Shown here one piece after another: positions 42,972 through 43,059 of a stretch of DNA of 43,059 nt. The translations under genes were made by a program, and so were the position numbers. The notes beneath the pieces were generated by a model, which saw only the letters and a list, made by a program, of their open reading frames with translations, did not search any database and had not been told where the DNA came from. The number at the start of each line of letters is the position of its first letter. Within the stretch, counting starts at the first letter, position 1. Origin of the DNA: Hyphomonas sp. (GTDB taxonomy: Bacteria > Pseudomonadota > Alphaproteobacteria > Caulobacterales > Hyphomonadaceae); assembly GCA_041744615.1 (NCBI GenBank), contig JBGTKN010000069.1, positions 1 to 43,059 of the forward strand, written 5' to 3'.

Positions 42972-43059
42972 TTACTTCTTGATTTCCGAGACGACGCCGG
43001 CGCCGACGGTGCGGCCGCCTTCGCGGATGGCGAAGCGCAGGCCCTTGTCCATGGCGATC
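42972..43059 (-). CDS. tuf: Elongation factor Tu, 3' end (partial)
   Basis: Hand translation gives IAMDKGLRFAIREGGRTVGAGVVSEIKK*. Confidence 0.96.
   Translation of the reverse strand, partial: IAMDKGLRFAIREGGRTVGAGVVSEIKK

Noticed and set aside
42495-42982. Short spacer ORFs 42495-42773 (-) and 42674-42982 (+)
   Set aside because: No recognisable motifs or host-like codon pattern, and the second crosses the tuf terminator. Tiny peptides cannot be fully excluded without Ribo-seq.
1-43059. CRISPR array, IS element, prophage, or intein in dnaE
   Set aside because: No regularly spaced repeats, no transposase/integrase/phage ORFs, and DnaE is normal in length with contiguous motifs.

Overview
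GC-rich alphaproteobacterial core-genome segment. Gene order and protein style suggest Caulobacterales/Hyphomonadaceae, which is an inference. Nearly every gene is on the - strand. In transcription direction the window contains: the 3' end of tuf plus terminator; a hairpin-dense spacer of about 590 bp; tRNA-Trp(CCA); a GH13 alpha-glucosidase convergent with a LacI regulator; the Entner-Doudoroff operon zwf-pgl-edd-glk; the complete nuoA-N complex I operon with two accessory genes between nuoD and nuoE; then birA-coaX-rnj-mce-DUF1467-proS-lolC/E-lolD-dnaE-rpsB-tsf-pyrH-frr-uppS-cdsA-dxr-rseP and the 5' part of bamA. I see no transposase, integrase, prophage or CRISPR array. The most unusual signals are at the right end. 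(1) The alpha-glucosidase has no in-frame ATG/GTG/TTG before its conserved N-terminus, implying either a CTG start or a frameshifting C10 tract. (2) It sits 44 nt behind tRNA-Trp, where secE is usually found. (3) The tuf-trpT spacer holds a candidate pseudoknotted + strand RNA and degenerate REP-like repeats. All calls come from reading the sequence; no database search was run.
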